Origin: Octopus sinensis
Lineage: Eukaryota
Reading direction: 5' to 3'
Assembly (NCBI RefSeq): GCF_006345805.1
Contig: NC_042998.1
Coordinates: forward strand, 42,780,001-42,844,000
DNA: 64,000 nt
Made by a program: the position numbers and the translations under genes. Below the pieces are notes generated by a model. That model saw only the letters and a list, made by a program, of their open reading frames with translations, did no database searches and was not told the DNA's origin. Positions 11,930 to 23,612 of this stretch are shown here, piece by piece; position 1 is the first letter of the stretch, and each line of letters starts with the position of its first letter.

Positions 11930-12059
11930 TGTGTATATATATGTGTGTGTGTGTGTATGTATGTATATATATATGTGTGTGTGTATATATATGTGTGTGC
12001 ATATATATATGTGTGTGTGTGTAGATATGTATGCGTGTGTGTACATATATATATATATA

Positions 12060-12340
12060 TACCCTTATGAGGCTTTATTTTACTGGAAAGTAATACATTT
12101 GTATTGCATTATTATTTTCTTTGAAAATTCTTTCACTGTTCTCGTTCTGTTAACGGCTAGGCGTTCAGGTGAGTATACTGGCATTGATGTGGTAACATTT
12201 GAAATATTGTCTAGGTAAATGCAGCTGATGAAGACTAATCAATTTTTCGGTGTCAAACGTATTTGAAGAGTTAGAAACCAGTCCTGCATTATCTGATTCT
12301 AGGTTGTCCATCTATTGAATGTTCTTCCTAGAGGTAAGAC
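12060..12340 (+). mobile_element. Probable Penelope-type terminal-repeat fragment with degenerate hammerhead
   Basis: Follows (TA)n. Contains CTGATGA-a-gac...gtc-AAA-cg-TA (12225-12261), with the G of GAAA lost. Confidence 0.5.
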
Positions 12341-12484
12341 AAATTTTTCATTTTTGTTGCACACACACATCTTTGCTAGTAAATATGCAGTGAAGCTATA
12401 CAATAGCGTCATATTTGTATTGATTGCTATTTTTCAGTAAATATTGGTGCTTTGATGTACTACTTATCTATTTTTATATGTATA

Positions 12485-12516
<32 letters not shown>

Positions 12517-13857
12517 GATCATAAGTGTTGGTCTACCCATACTGATGATTTGTTTTCAATGGTGATGGCTTGTGTATAACCATGCATACTTTTTGGAAAT
12601 GCTGATAGCATGAAGAAAACCTGTAGTGATTCAAAAGTGATTCAATAGCACTGCTAACACAGTAGAACACAGTATTGACTTATAATGCATTTAATATAGT
12701 TCGTAATATATCATTATTGCATAACGGAATATGGTGTCTCTACAAGTCATTAAATTATTTTACTACATTCTTCATGTCAAAACCAGTGGAACCAAAAGTA
12801 GTTTATTTCAACAGGATTATGCTAACGAGAGGTTTAAGGAAATATTTGTTAGCGGTTAATAAATAAATTTTTTCAGTTCAATTAACTTCTGCAAACTTGT
12901 GTTTACTTTTCACATAATAGCAAAAACAAAATTGTATGGGTCTGCATTTTAATGAGTATTCATGAAACTGTATGAATAATAGTTACATATGTAAGCTGGA
13001 ATCTTTTCTTTTTACACATCTTGATGAGGACAGTTTATGTGCCTGATTTCTAAGACCTCTATCAACAATGGGTTCAGAAATTTAGCACAAACAAAGAAAT
13101 GGTTACTCTGTATGGTCACTTGACCTGTTAGAAATAACTACCAAATTTTCCTTAAATCATTTGAACTTCTTTAAAATGAAAACATTGCAGTGAATAATGT
13201 ACTCCATTTTACTTGTAAAAAAGATAAAATTATTTATTACAAGAATATCTTTGATCATAGGCCTGCTTGATCAGTGTGGACCTAGATTTAAACAATAACA
13301 GCCCCAACAATATATTTACCATTTGTTTTGCTCTCTTATTTTCTATCTCAACAAATCAATCACATACTTATACGGTCCCTTTTTGTCAACTATTTATACC
13401 CTGAATACTAAATTCACAAGCTCTCAGTCTGAAGTGTCTCTTTTGCTGCAGTGCAAGAACATTGTTTTGCAAGGCCATGCACACTGAAAATTAATTGATT
13501 CATCATTCAATATCAAAACATGTAAAGAGAATATTTAAGGTATACTGTAATTTTGTATGCTGAAGAAATATGGTTAAGAGCCTAGTGGATTCAGTGTCAT
13601 TTTGAATGTGTGGCACCTTGGGCAAGTGTCTTTCACTATAGCTCCAGGCCAACCAAAACATTGTGGGAGGATTTGGGTGACAATACCTGAAAGAAGCCCA
13701 TCTCTCACACACACACACATTAATATTTAGCAGAAGTAACAAAGTGACTCAAGGTTCAAGAATTTCGTGCGTTGGCAGCCACTCTGTTGCTTCTGCTAAA
13801 TATTAATAAAAATATACATTTACTCATATTCTGAGATCTATTTTTCCTGTTTGCACT

Positions 13858-13895
<38 letters not shown>

Positions 13896-13896
13896 A

Positions 13897-14056
13897 AAAG
13901 AAATAAGGTACTCAGAAATCTGGATGGTTTTATGTTGAATCTGACGACTCCACTAGAGTGGATGCAAGCGCTAATATATGATTTATAAAAACATGTAACA
14001 TATTAATAAATATCTGTAAATATAAAACCATCCAGATTTCTGAGTACCTTATTTCC
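13897..14056. repeat. Inverted repeat (33-bp perfect core arms) enclosing a hammerhead-like motif, embedded in (TA)n
   Basis: AAATAAGGTACTCAGAAATCTGGATGGTTTTAT (13900-13932) versus ATAAAACCATCCAGATTTCTGAGTACCTTATTT (14021-14053). Confidence 0.85.
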
Positions 14057-14091
14057 TCTAATATATAATACCTGTACATCATCTCCAAACC

Positions 14092-14139
<48 letters not shown>

Positions 14140-14939
14140 CACACACACACACACACACAGCATTATGAGGAAGTCATCCCATAAGTGCTATATTACAGTG
14201 AACTGGTTAATAAAGCACACACACACACATTCAGTATGTGCAATCAATAATACATATGAGTGTGTGTGTGCTTGAGTCCTCTTGTCCTTGACATTGCACA
14301 ATAGTTGTAAACAGTAATTTGTTTTCAATCTTTGGTGGAAATGGGTCGGGCTATGAGGAAATGATACCTTGTCAGGGAACAGGTGAAGGTTGACAACAAG
14401 AAAAGTATAAAAATCAGCATCAATAAACTCTGTCTGATCAATGCAAATATGGAAAGGTGGATGCTAAAATGACAGCAGCAGCAGTGATGATGGCAATGAT
14501 GACAGTGTCAATGATGAAGATGATGATACAGGTTAGACATAAAATGCTGAAGTAGGAATTCTGGAACTTTTTCACCATTAAATAACAAGAGTAGAGTTTA
14601 CATTAACTCCAAATGTAAACAGGTAAGCCCAAAAATTGAACCATGTCAACATGTAGTGAATTTAGTTTTATCTAAAAGAAATGTTAAACAAATAAACTGC
14701 ATCTATATACTACAACTGTGAAAATCCATTCTGATTTAAAACACATGTACCCATGCTTTTATCAAGATTTCAGTTACCATGTCAAGTTAGAACAGTGTGT
14801 AGGAGTCTTGGCTTCAAAAGTATCATACTCTATGCTACTTAGACTACTAAACAGCTTTAACAAGCATTATTTGCAACCAAGCTAAATAAACCACTAACTC
14901 AATATTTCTGTGGATGGATAACAGAATATTGCATAGTTT

Positions 14940-15232
14940 CATCATCATCATCATCATCACCATTTAACATCCATTGTCCATGCTGGCATGGGTTGGACGG
15001 TTTGACCAAGCTGCCATACTGGAAAGCAGCACCAGGCTCCAGTCTGATTTGGCATAGTTTTCTATGGCTAGATGTCCTTCCTAATGCCAACCATTCTGAG
15101 AGTGTAATGGCTGTTTTTATGTGCCACCAGCAAGGGTGCCATTTGCATGACGTTGGTATCTGCCATGACAGATCTTGCTCAGCTTCATGGGTCTTCTTCT
15201 CAAGCACGACATAATATTGAAAGTCTTGGTCA
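14940..15232 (-). mobile_element. RTE 3'UTR-type repeat with (CAT)n tail
   Basis: (CAT)n-CCATGCTGGCATGGGTTGGACGG...GGATGTCCTTCCTAATGCCAACC-like family sequence, continuing into the RTE ORF2 end (CTTCTCAAGCAC...GTCATTGCCTCTGT). Confidence 0.75.
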
Positions 15233-15523
15233 TTGCCTCTGTAAGGCCCAACACTTGAAAGGAACTCAGCCACTTGCCTTCCTGAGGTCCAATGCTCAAA
15301 GGAACTCAGCGACCTTGCTTCCATGAGACCCAACACTTGAAAGGAACTCAGTCACTTGCCTCCATGGAGTCCAACACTCGAAAGGAACTAAGCCACTTAC
15401 CTATGTGAGGCCCAATGCTCAAAAGCAATTCAGCACTTGCCTCCATGAGGCCCAAGGCTTGAAAGGAACTCAAGCCACTTTGTCTCCACGAAGCCCAGGC
15501 CCAACACTCGAAAGGAACTCAGT
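15233..15523. repeat. About 41-bp minisatellite, 7 degenerate units
   Basis: GAAAGGAACTCAG-type core recurs at about 15257, 15298, 15339, 15380, 15421, 15461 and 15510. Confidence 0.85.
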
Positions 15524-15529
15524 TTTATT

Positions 15530-16096
15530 ATTATTATTATTGAGTGAGAGAGCAGTGCATGCCATCAAAGTGACACTAGGGTACAAATATACGAAGCCCA
15601 GCATACCCATCATGACTACCCGTCTGATAAGGGTACACTAGGCACATGCATCACAACCATATGTGCGCAACATGGTGATCTCATATCAAGATAAACAGCG
15701 CATGACCTTGCAGGTGGGGCCCAGTTAGAATATTCTTCAGGTTGAGTAGCCCATTCCACTCAAAAGGTCCCTGAATAAGGGTTGTTTAAGGATGTTGAAA
15801 GAACCACCCATGTTTCCAGAGGTGAATTATCCAAACCCCAAAGAATTCCTCTCAACATGTGACTATGATGCTCCCCCACTACTTCTGCTTGTGATCAGAG
15901 ATGCACATATCGTCAGCCACCAAGGGACATGCTCAACTGGTTAAGGTCAAACAACTGACAAGCAAATCTGTGGTATTGAGCAGAATATTTGCTGTAGCCC
16001 ATCTTTTATACCAAGACAAAACAATGTACATGATAACACTTCCAATCAGTTAAGATCAGAAGCCATGAGAGCTGCTGCCTGGTACTGCATCAGGGC

Positions 16097-16110
<14 letters not shown>
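15530..16110. mobile_element. Relatively GC-rich, about 570-bp interspersed element flanked on both sides by (TTA)n
   Basis: Sharp composition change with (TTA)n at 15524-15541 and 16099-16150. Resembles an abundant octopus repeat (recalled, not searched). Class uncertain. Confidence 0.5.
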
Positions 16111-16132
<22 letters not shown>

Positions 16133-16149
16133 CATCATTTTTATTATTA

Positions 16150-16570
16150 TTGAGGCAGTAAGCTGGTAGAATTGCTACTGCATTGGACAAAATGCTTAGC
16201 AGCTATTTTTTGGGCTTTAAGTTCTGAGTTCAAATTCTGCTGAGGTCGACTTTACCTTTCATCCTTTTGGGGTTGATAAAATAAATACCAGTCAAATACT
16301 GCGGTTGATGTAATCAACTAGCCCCCACCTTCAAAAAAAAAAAAATTCCTTGTACCTATAGTAGAAAGGATTGTTATTATTGTTATTAAAGTTGTAAACT
16401 GGCAGAATTATTAGCACATTGGAGAAAATGCTTAACAGTATTTCTTTCAGGTCTTTATATTCTGAGCTCAGCTTCACCTTTCGCCCTTCTGAGGATGATA
16501 AAATGAAATACCAGTAAAATACTGAGGTCAATATAATCAACTTATCCCTCCCCTAAAAATGTGCAGGCCT
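16150..16570 (+). mobile_element. Two tandem family-B tRNA SINEs
   Basis: GCTGG(T/C)AGAATT...AAAATGCTTAGCAG...GAGTTCAAATTC...CCTTTCATCCTTTTGGGGTTGATAAAATAAATACCAG appears twice. Further copies at about 20100-20320, 55730-55920 and 55955-56070. Confidence 0.7.
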
Positions 16571-17214
16571 CGTCCCAAAATGAATAAGGTTGGTTCTAAA
16601 GCCCATCAGTGCTCGCATAGGTCAGAAAAAATTTATTAAGGCAGCCTTTCTATAGCAGGGTGCCTTTCCTCTCAACAATCCTCATCGGTTTCCAAGCACA
16701 ATATTATAGCCACTTATGTTTTTCACAGAAGACTTGAAGTGATCATCACTGGTATGATGGTAATGCTTCTTCACATCCATCACATGATCTCAAGGCAAGG
16801 GTACAAACAAACACACACATGCATATATATATATATATAATATATTGTCCACATTGTGATTTATCAGCTAGATCACATGCTAGTTTAATAAGTCATGCTC
16901 GTGCTCTCATCTATATTGCTTTTGGTAGCCCGAGGACTTACATGAGGACTCATGAGGAGAAGTGAATGAATGAATGATAAACATTGGTGAATAGTAGTAA
17001 TAGTAATGTAAGTGTGTTGTTATCTATTTGGTTGATTTTTTTCTTTCCTGCCTTCTTGTTTCTTTCAGTTTCTGCCTACCAAATCCACTTAGAAGCCATT
17101 GGTCAGCCCACGGCTACAGTAGATGACACATGTCTAAGATGCTATACAATGAGATTGAATCTGAGATCAAAGGGTTAAGAAACAAGTTTCTTAAGCACAC
17201 AGTCACACCTGCAC

Positions 17215-17247
<33 letters not shown>

Positions 17248-18099
17248 CACATATAAACATTCACATACACATACACGTATGTAAGCTTGAAAAATGAAAC
17301 AAACATTAACAAGGAGACTAAGCTTTCACTGCAACACGTCACACTTTAAAGGTTATCTATGAACTAGAGATAACTATAAAATACTTTTGAAACAAACGAG
17401 ATATAGAAGATATAAGACTTGACTATGAAACAAAATGTTGACTTGTATAAGACAGATTAGAATCTGTGCTCTAAAATGTCATCAAAATATTATCTTCTTT
17501 TGAGTTACAATGATATCATGATAGCATACATAAAACTGTCTGTTTGAAGAACTCTTCTAGTGAGAGAATTACAAATATTAGAGAATGCATCCTCAATCAA
17601 AATTATACTCATTATCAAACTAAGCAATTTTAATAGAGCCAACTAATTAAATTTCCATCAAATGCTGCTGCTGCTGCTGTTGCTTCATCACCATTATTGT
17701 CATCATCTCCTTCTAATGCTTTTTTCCCATCATCCTCATCTAATATCCTTTTTTCCATGCTGACATGGACTGGGAAGATTGACAGGATCCGATGGGTCCT
17801 AGGACAACATCATACTCCAGTTTTAGTCTGCTTTGGCATGGTTTCTACTGCTGGATGCCCTTCCTTAATACCAACCGCATTACAGTATGTACTGTGTGTG
17901 TGATAAATCCAAATACAGTCTTCTGAGAAAAATAGATAAAATGTTAACAGTGGTCTTCTTCAGTAAAATTCAATGCAATAGGATAAAGCAATGCAAAGAA
18001 AATATTTGGGGATAGTTGCCTTAGAATCTATAATTTCTAAGCTGTAATTATAGGTTTGTATTTGTACCCATATTATTAGCTTCCTTGAGTTTGTTACCA

Positions 18100-18264
18100 G
18101 GCATAGGAGTGGCTGTGTGGTAAGTAGCTTATTTATCAACCACATGGTTCCGGATTCAGTCCCAATGCATGGCACCTTGGGCAAGTGTTTTCTATTATAG
18201 CCTCAGGCTGACCAAAGCCTTGTGAGTGGATTTGGTAGATGGAAACTGAAAGAAGCCTGTTGTA

Positions 18265-18304
<40 letters not shown>

Positions 18305-18525
18305 CGTGTGTATATGTTTCTGTGTCTATGTTTGTTCCCCCAACATTGCTTGACAACTGATGGTGGTGTGTTTACGTCCCTGTAACTTAGTGGTTCGACA
18401 AAAGAGACCAATAGAATAAGTACTAGGCTTACAAAGAATAAGTCCAGGGGTCAATTTGCTCGACTAAAGGCAGTGCTCCAGCATGGCCACAGTCAAATGA
18501 CTGAAACTAGTAAAAGAGTAAAAAT
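18100..18525 (+). mobile_element. Near full-length family-A tRNA SINE
   Basis: GGAGTGGCTGTGTGGTAAG A-box, GGATTCAGTCCC B-box-like motif, GGCACCTTGGGCAAGT central domain, internal (TA)/(TG) tract, GTAAAAGAG tail. Highly similar to 56072-56460. Confidence 0.85.
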
Positions 18526-19144
18526 TAAATAGCGATCAAAAGAAGCTGGAGTTTCCAATAATGAACAAAAGTACTTATAAGTCACTTTAACTTAAAATTT
18601 TTCTCTGACTCGTTTCAGTCATTGAACAGGAAGGATTTAATCAAACAAATCAACACCAGTATTTAGTTGCTTTAAGTATGCAACTTATTCAGTTGGTCTC
18701 CTATGTCAAACTGTTAATTTATGGGAATGGAAACAACCTTGCATTGGTTGTCAAGCATTGGTGGGTGGAGATGACAAATATACACACACGTACATATATA
18801 TTTATACATGTATGTGTGTTTGTGTGTGTGCGTGCATGCACACACACATATATATATGATATTCTCCCACACTGTTTCTGTGTATCAAATTCACCCACAA
18901 GGAATTGGCTGGCCTATGACTACAGTAGATGATGAATTTTTGATTCTATTGAATTGTTGTCAAAATTGTCTGTTTATTAGACAGAAAAAGAACAAAAGAC
19001 AAGAAAGGAGTAAGGAAATGTATATGATAATATATAAAATTTGATCCTAAACATTATTCATAAAACCTACAGCTGTTATAAAGTGTTATCTATATTACAA
19101 CTGTCATAAGCAATCCCTAACACTTTTCATAACAAATTATTAAC

Positions 19145-19515
19145 CACTAGCACTATGACCCGGCAACGCCGGGTCATAATGCTAGTGCATGCATATACAG
19201 CTGTGTGTGTGCACACATACACATGAGTACTGTCCAAATCTCCCACCAATCACATACAGCTAGCTGGCATTCAATTGACGTAACAAGTTTTGGGCATTTT
19301 GATTGGGTTTTGGATAGAAAATTCACAAAAAAGTCACTTCTATTGATTTTTTAATGGCTTTGCGTGGTGACTGGGGAAATGTAAAGATGTGCACGACCAC
19401 CCTTGGACGGTTTTGAATGATCATAGAAAGTGCGAGCCCTCTAACTGAAAAATTGTGGATTTGTATAAAGGACACACAGACAGACAGACATTTTGCCGTT
19501 TATATATATAGAGAT
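19145..19515 (+). mobile_element. Helitron/Helentron-like non-autonomous element
   Basis: 5' 20-bp GC-rich hairpin (19145-19187); 3' end (CAGA)n...TTTATATATATAGAGAT. Classification is by end architecture only. Confidence 0.6.
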
Positions 19516-20567
19516 TTTATGGCAGAAGTCAGATATATCTACTCAAAATTTCACTACTCTTAATGGTGGAAAGCAGTTTTATATATCAATCTATCTTTTG
19601 TTGAAGAAAATCATTGAACTTTCTTGTTGAGATATGTCAAGTTTATTGAAGAAACATGACTTGCAGAAAAAAACCAATTCTATTTTTTGGTAGATATTTA
19701 ACATCGTTATTGGAATACCCATGAAATTTAATTTCACAGTGAAAGGTTTAATAGAAAAATAACCCACAATATAGATGCCAAAATTTGAGCATGATGTACT
19801 GATCTGTTACATTCAAAACTATAATAGTTTAAATTCAACACTTTTTTCTGCAAAATAGTGGTAGCTTATCCTGTTCAGGCTATATTATTAGCATTATACT
19901 GCGTTTGAGAATTTAAAAGAACTTTTGATAATAATTTAATTTTACTGGCAATTAAGTATTTGGTGATTGCCTTTATTCATACATATGACAGAGACATACT
20001 TTACAATATATTTATGAAAATTTGAAGGAATACTATTTTTTATATTCTATTGTAAGGTGAATTTTAAATATTTATTGATAGTTTTTTAGATGTCAATAAG
20101 ATGGCGAGCTGGCAGAATCGTTAACATTCTGGGTGAAATGCTTAGCAGCATTTTGTCTATCTTTATGTTCTGAGTTCAAAATCTGCTGGGGTTGACTTTA
20201 TCTTTCATCTTTTCAGAGTCAATAAAGTAAGTACCAGTTAAACACTGGGATTGATTTAACTGACTTGGCTCTACCCACCCCAAACCTGCTGGCTTTGTGC
20301 CAAAATTTGAAACCAATATTTTTGACATCAATACATTTTCTAAAAACATGAAAGGTGTAAATTAATAATTAATAATTTTCTAATTGAACTGTAATTCTTT
20401 AAATACTGAGGAGAAGAAAAAAAATCTCAAAACACAACTGATTTCTTAACACTGATACAGATGCAGGATGACTGCTTCATAATCATACTATAGCCCAGGG
20501 CTAAGCAAAGCCTTGTGAGTCAATTTAGCAGACAGAAATTGAAAGAAGCCCGCTTTATATATATATA

Positions 20568-20721
20568 CTTTATTTTAAGCAGCAGAAAATTCAACAAAAT
20601 CTGTTACTCTGAGTTTCTCGTTGCCGTTCATCAGACAGTTTTTGCAAAAACTGTCTGATGAACGGCAACGAGAAACTCAGAGTAACAGATTTTGTTGAAT
20701 TTTCTGCTGCTTAAAATAAAG
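20568..20721. repeat. Perfect 154-bp palindrome (77-bp arms, no spacer)
   Basis: Base-by-base comparison shows the arms are exact reverse complements centred on TTTTTG|CAAAAA (20644/20645). Confidence 0.95.
20645..20694 (+). ncRNA. Minimal type I hammerhead ribozyme motif (mirror copy 20595-20644 on minus strand)
   Basis: Stem I caaaaactgt/acagattttg (9 of 10 bp); CUGAUGA 20655-20661; a-cg-GCAA-cg-a stem II; GAAA 20672-20675; ctc-a-gag stem III; GUA triplet with predicted cut after 20684. Stem II closure is non-canonical. Confidence 0.6.
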
Positions 20722-21834
20722 CATATTACTCTACCACTGGTATTTGAGTACTCTTTTTTCCACCTTGTTTCACATTTATGTGTTTACTCCGGTATATATA
20801 TATATATGCAGTCAATACAAATACACAAACAATTCAAATAAACTAATAAAAAATGAAAAAAACAGAAAAACAACAAATGTGAGGAGATGCACAAGAAGTG
20901 TATTAGCTTGACGTTTGCTAAAAAGAGCAAATTTAATGTTTTGAGCATAGCTCTTCATCGGAAAAGAGAAAGGAGAAGAGGAAATTGCCAACAGCCCATG
21001 TGTAGTTGCATTGCTGAAGTAACGAAAAGTAGAAAGAGATAGAGAAAATGGTTTTTTGGGACAGGTGAATGTGTGTGTGTATGTGTGTGTGTGTGTGTGT
21101 GTGTGCATGTGAGTGTGTGTAGGTGTGGTGGTAACTGTGTTTGTATTTGTGTGAGTTGTGTGTGTATGTTTGGTAGGGTCTGTGTGTGTGTTAGAGTTGT
21201 TCTGAGAACAGGTCAGTAGCAGTTGTGAAAGGTGTGAATGGGTGGGTGTGGCTGTGTGTGTGTACATGTGTTTGCATGAGTGCATAGATGGAGAGGGTAA
21301 TGTGTGTGTGTGAGTAAACCAAAACAGACTGGTGTCTGATGTAGCTTGTAGGCTTACCAGCTCCAGTCAAATTGTCTCATTCATGCCAGCATGGAAAGCA
21401 GATGTTAAATGATGATGATGATGCACGTATGTATGTTTGTTTGTATGTATGGATGAATATGTGTGCATATGTGTGGGTGCTTGTGCCTTCTTGACTTGAC
21501 ATCACATGATACTTGTGAATGAATGTCACCATCATACAAGTGGTGTCATTCATTTCTAATCTTTCATGAAACATGTCCAGTCATGAAGAAATATCAACTT
21601 GCCTGGAAACAGGTATGTGTCGGTGACAGGAAAAGCATCCAGTTATAAAAATTCTGCTTTAATGAATTCTCTCCAATTGCAGGCACAGAAAATTGGACGT
21701 TAAAATGATGATGTTGATCATGAGGCATAGGTGTGCGGTTGAGAAACTTAGTTCAGTCGTACTGTATAATACTTTGGGCAAATGTCTTCTGCTTTAGCCC
21801 TGGACTAACATGTGACACAAACTTTCCAGGCAAC

Positions 21835-21885
<51 letters not shown>

Positions 21886-21896
21886 GTATATATATG

Positions 21897-22990
21897 TACA
21901 GGGTGCACAAGGTATTTGAAGAAATACCATTTTGAGTCACTGCTGCACTATATGCTAACTCTGTATAATCTTTGTTTCAGAAAATAATAATAGCTGACTC
22001 TCAGCTTACTGAAGAAATGAACAGGCATGCTGTTATTGTAGCTATAAAGGTTGACCATCACAATTTAGAAATATCTTGATTTATAAAAGTTACCAGATCT
22101 ATTGTCTACAAAATTTGGAAGAAGGTAGAGACTGAAGATGGAAATGAATCACTAGTATCAAAGCATAAAAAGCATTCTAAACACTCTGAAATTATCAGAA
22201 CACATGAATTTATCCAACAGGTTCAACAGACCATTGATTACAATCCTAGAAAGGCCTTGAGGTCAATTGCAAAAGATTTCCATGTGTCAGAAGGAACAGG
22301 CAGAAATGTTGTCCATGAAGACACCAGATATAAGTCTTATATGATGAAGAAAGGTCAATTTGTTAGAAAAAGCAAAAGATCACTACATCAGAGCTTAAAG
22401 GCTCATGCAACTGTCATGGTTTTAGGGCTTGTCAGCAATGAAGGACATGTGATGCCACCTTACTTTTTTCCACAAGGACTTAGAGTTAACTTTGCCACCC
22501 ACATTGAAGTCCTGGAAATATTTGGTAAGCCCTGGATAGACAGTGCATGCAATGGAAGGCCATATGTGTTTCAGTAAGATTCTGCACTATCACATATGGT
22601 TCTAGTAACACACCATCGAATGGCTGAAACTTTTCATGATCACATTTGCCCTCCTAATTACCCAAATCTCAATCCATTCAACTATTACATGTGGAGTGTT
22701 GTTAAGAGAGAGGTCAATGAACAAGCCCACAACAACAAAGAGTATTTGAAAGCTGCCATAGTCAGAGTAATGTCCAAAATAAACCAGAACCATTTGATTC
22801 ACACATAGAGATGGTTTAGATCTCATATAGAAGCAGTTCTTGAAGCTGAATGTGGCTTTATTGAATAACATTATAGAAAACAAAGTTTATTTTTATCCTC
22901 ATACCATTTTTTGATAAATAAAGTGATTAAATTATATATCTGATACTTTAGAGTCATAAACCTGTCCTCAAATATCTTATGGACCATGTA
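21897..22990 (+). mobile_element. Internally deleted Tc1/mariner element (maT/DD37D-like)
   Basis: Degenerate TIRs TACAGGGTGCACAAGGTATTTGAAG / TACATGGTCCATAAGATATTTGAGG with TA flanks. Remnants RSIAKDFHVSEGT, VMVLGLVSNEGHVMPP, YVFQ*DSA, CPPNYPNLNPFNYYMWSVV. Confidence 0.9.
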
Positions 22991-23173
22991 TATATATATA
23001 TATATATATGCATATATAATATATATAAATTAGAGAAAAAAACACTATTATGTAATTCAAACAATGATAGACATAAACCATATCATATAGAAAAAATAAA
23101 ATATATTATAAAACATATAACTAGATCACAAAAAGTACAAAAAGATGAATAAACATTATATAATAAGTAAAAA

Positions 23174-23275
23174 GACTACGTATGTTTTGTGGCTATAACT
23201 TCAATTCAAATTACCATTAAATTTTAATTTAATCCAAAAACAATTCAATTTAAAAGTATAGTCACTCCTCAGGTC
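23174..23275 (-). ncRNA. Decayed type I hammerhead motif in a probable Penelope-type fragment
   Basis: gac-CTGAGGA-gtgactata...tatagccac-AAAA-catacg-TA-gtc: stem I gac/gtc and a 9-bp stem II with 1 mismatch. Reverting two CpG decays restores GAAA and the palindromic stem III cgtacg. Confidence 0.6.
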
Positions 23276-23612
23276 AACAATGATAAGAATAATAGTTAAA
23301 TAAATACATATTTTTAATAGTCAAATAGAATTAAACAATATTAAAGAAATAATAACATGATTCTTCTTATAGAAGAAACTCCGTTAACTAAATTTGAAAT
23401 TTAAAAAGTAGGACCAGGTGTCTATAATACATTTATCATGTTAAAAACCTAAGGTAAAAAAATAGAGTAAATAGAAAAATGTATTTTATCTGTGAAGATA
23501 TATTTTAGCTTTGAGAATAATATTAACAAACTATAGAATATCTTTATTGGAAAGATATAAGACTTTAATTAATTAAAATAAAAATACTTAAAATAAATCA
23601 TATACTTAAATT

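Noticed and set aside
12305-12335. 31-nt exon VVHLLNVLPR with gtaaga donor (and CAG|gtgagt at 12168)
   Set aside because: Lies within the probable Penelope-type repeat; the splice-like signals likely belong to the element.
14555-14622. Exon ending at CAG|gtaagc (14622/14623)
   Set aside because: No credible pyrimidine-rich acceptor upstream; similar orphan donors at about 19009, 55160 and 62492 were also not accepted.
15233-15523. CRISPR-like array
   Set aside because: Units are contiguous degenerate copies with no unique spacers, no cas genes, and a eukaryotic context; derived from an RTE.
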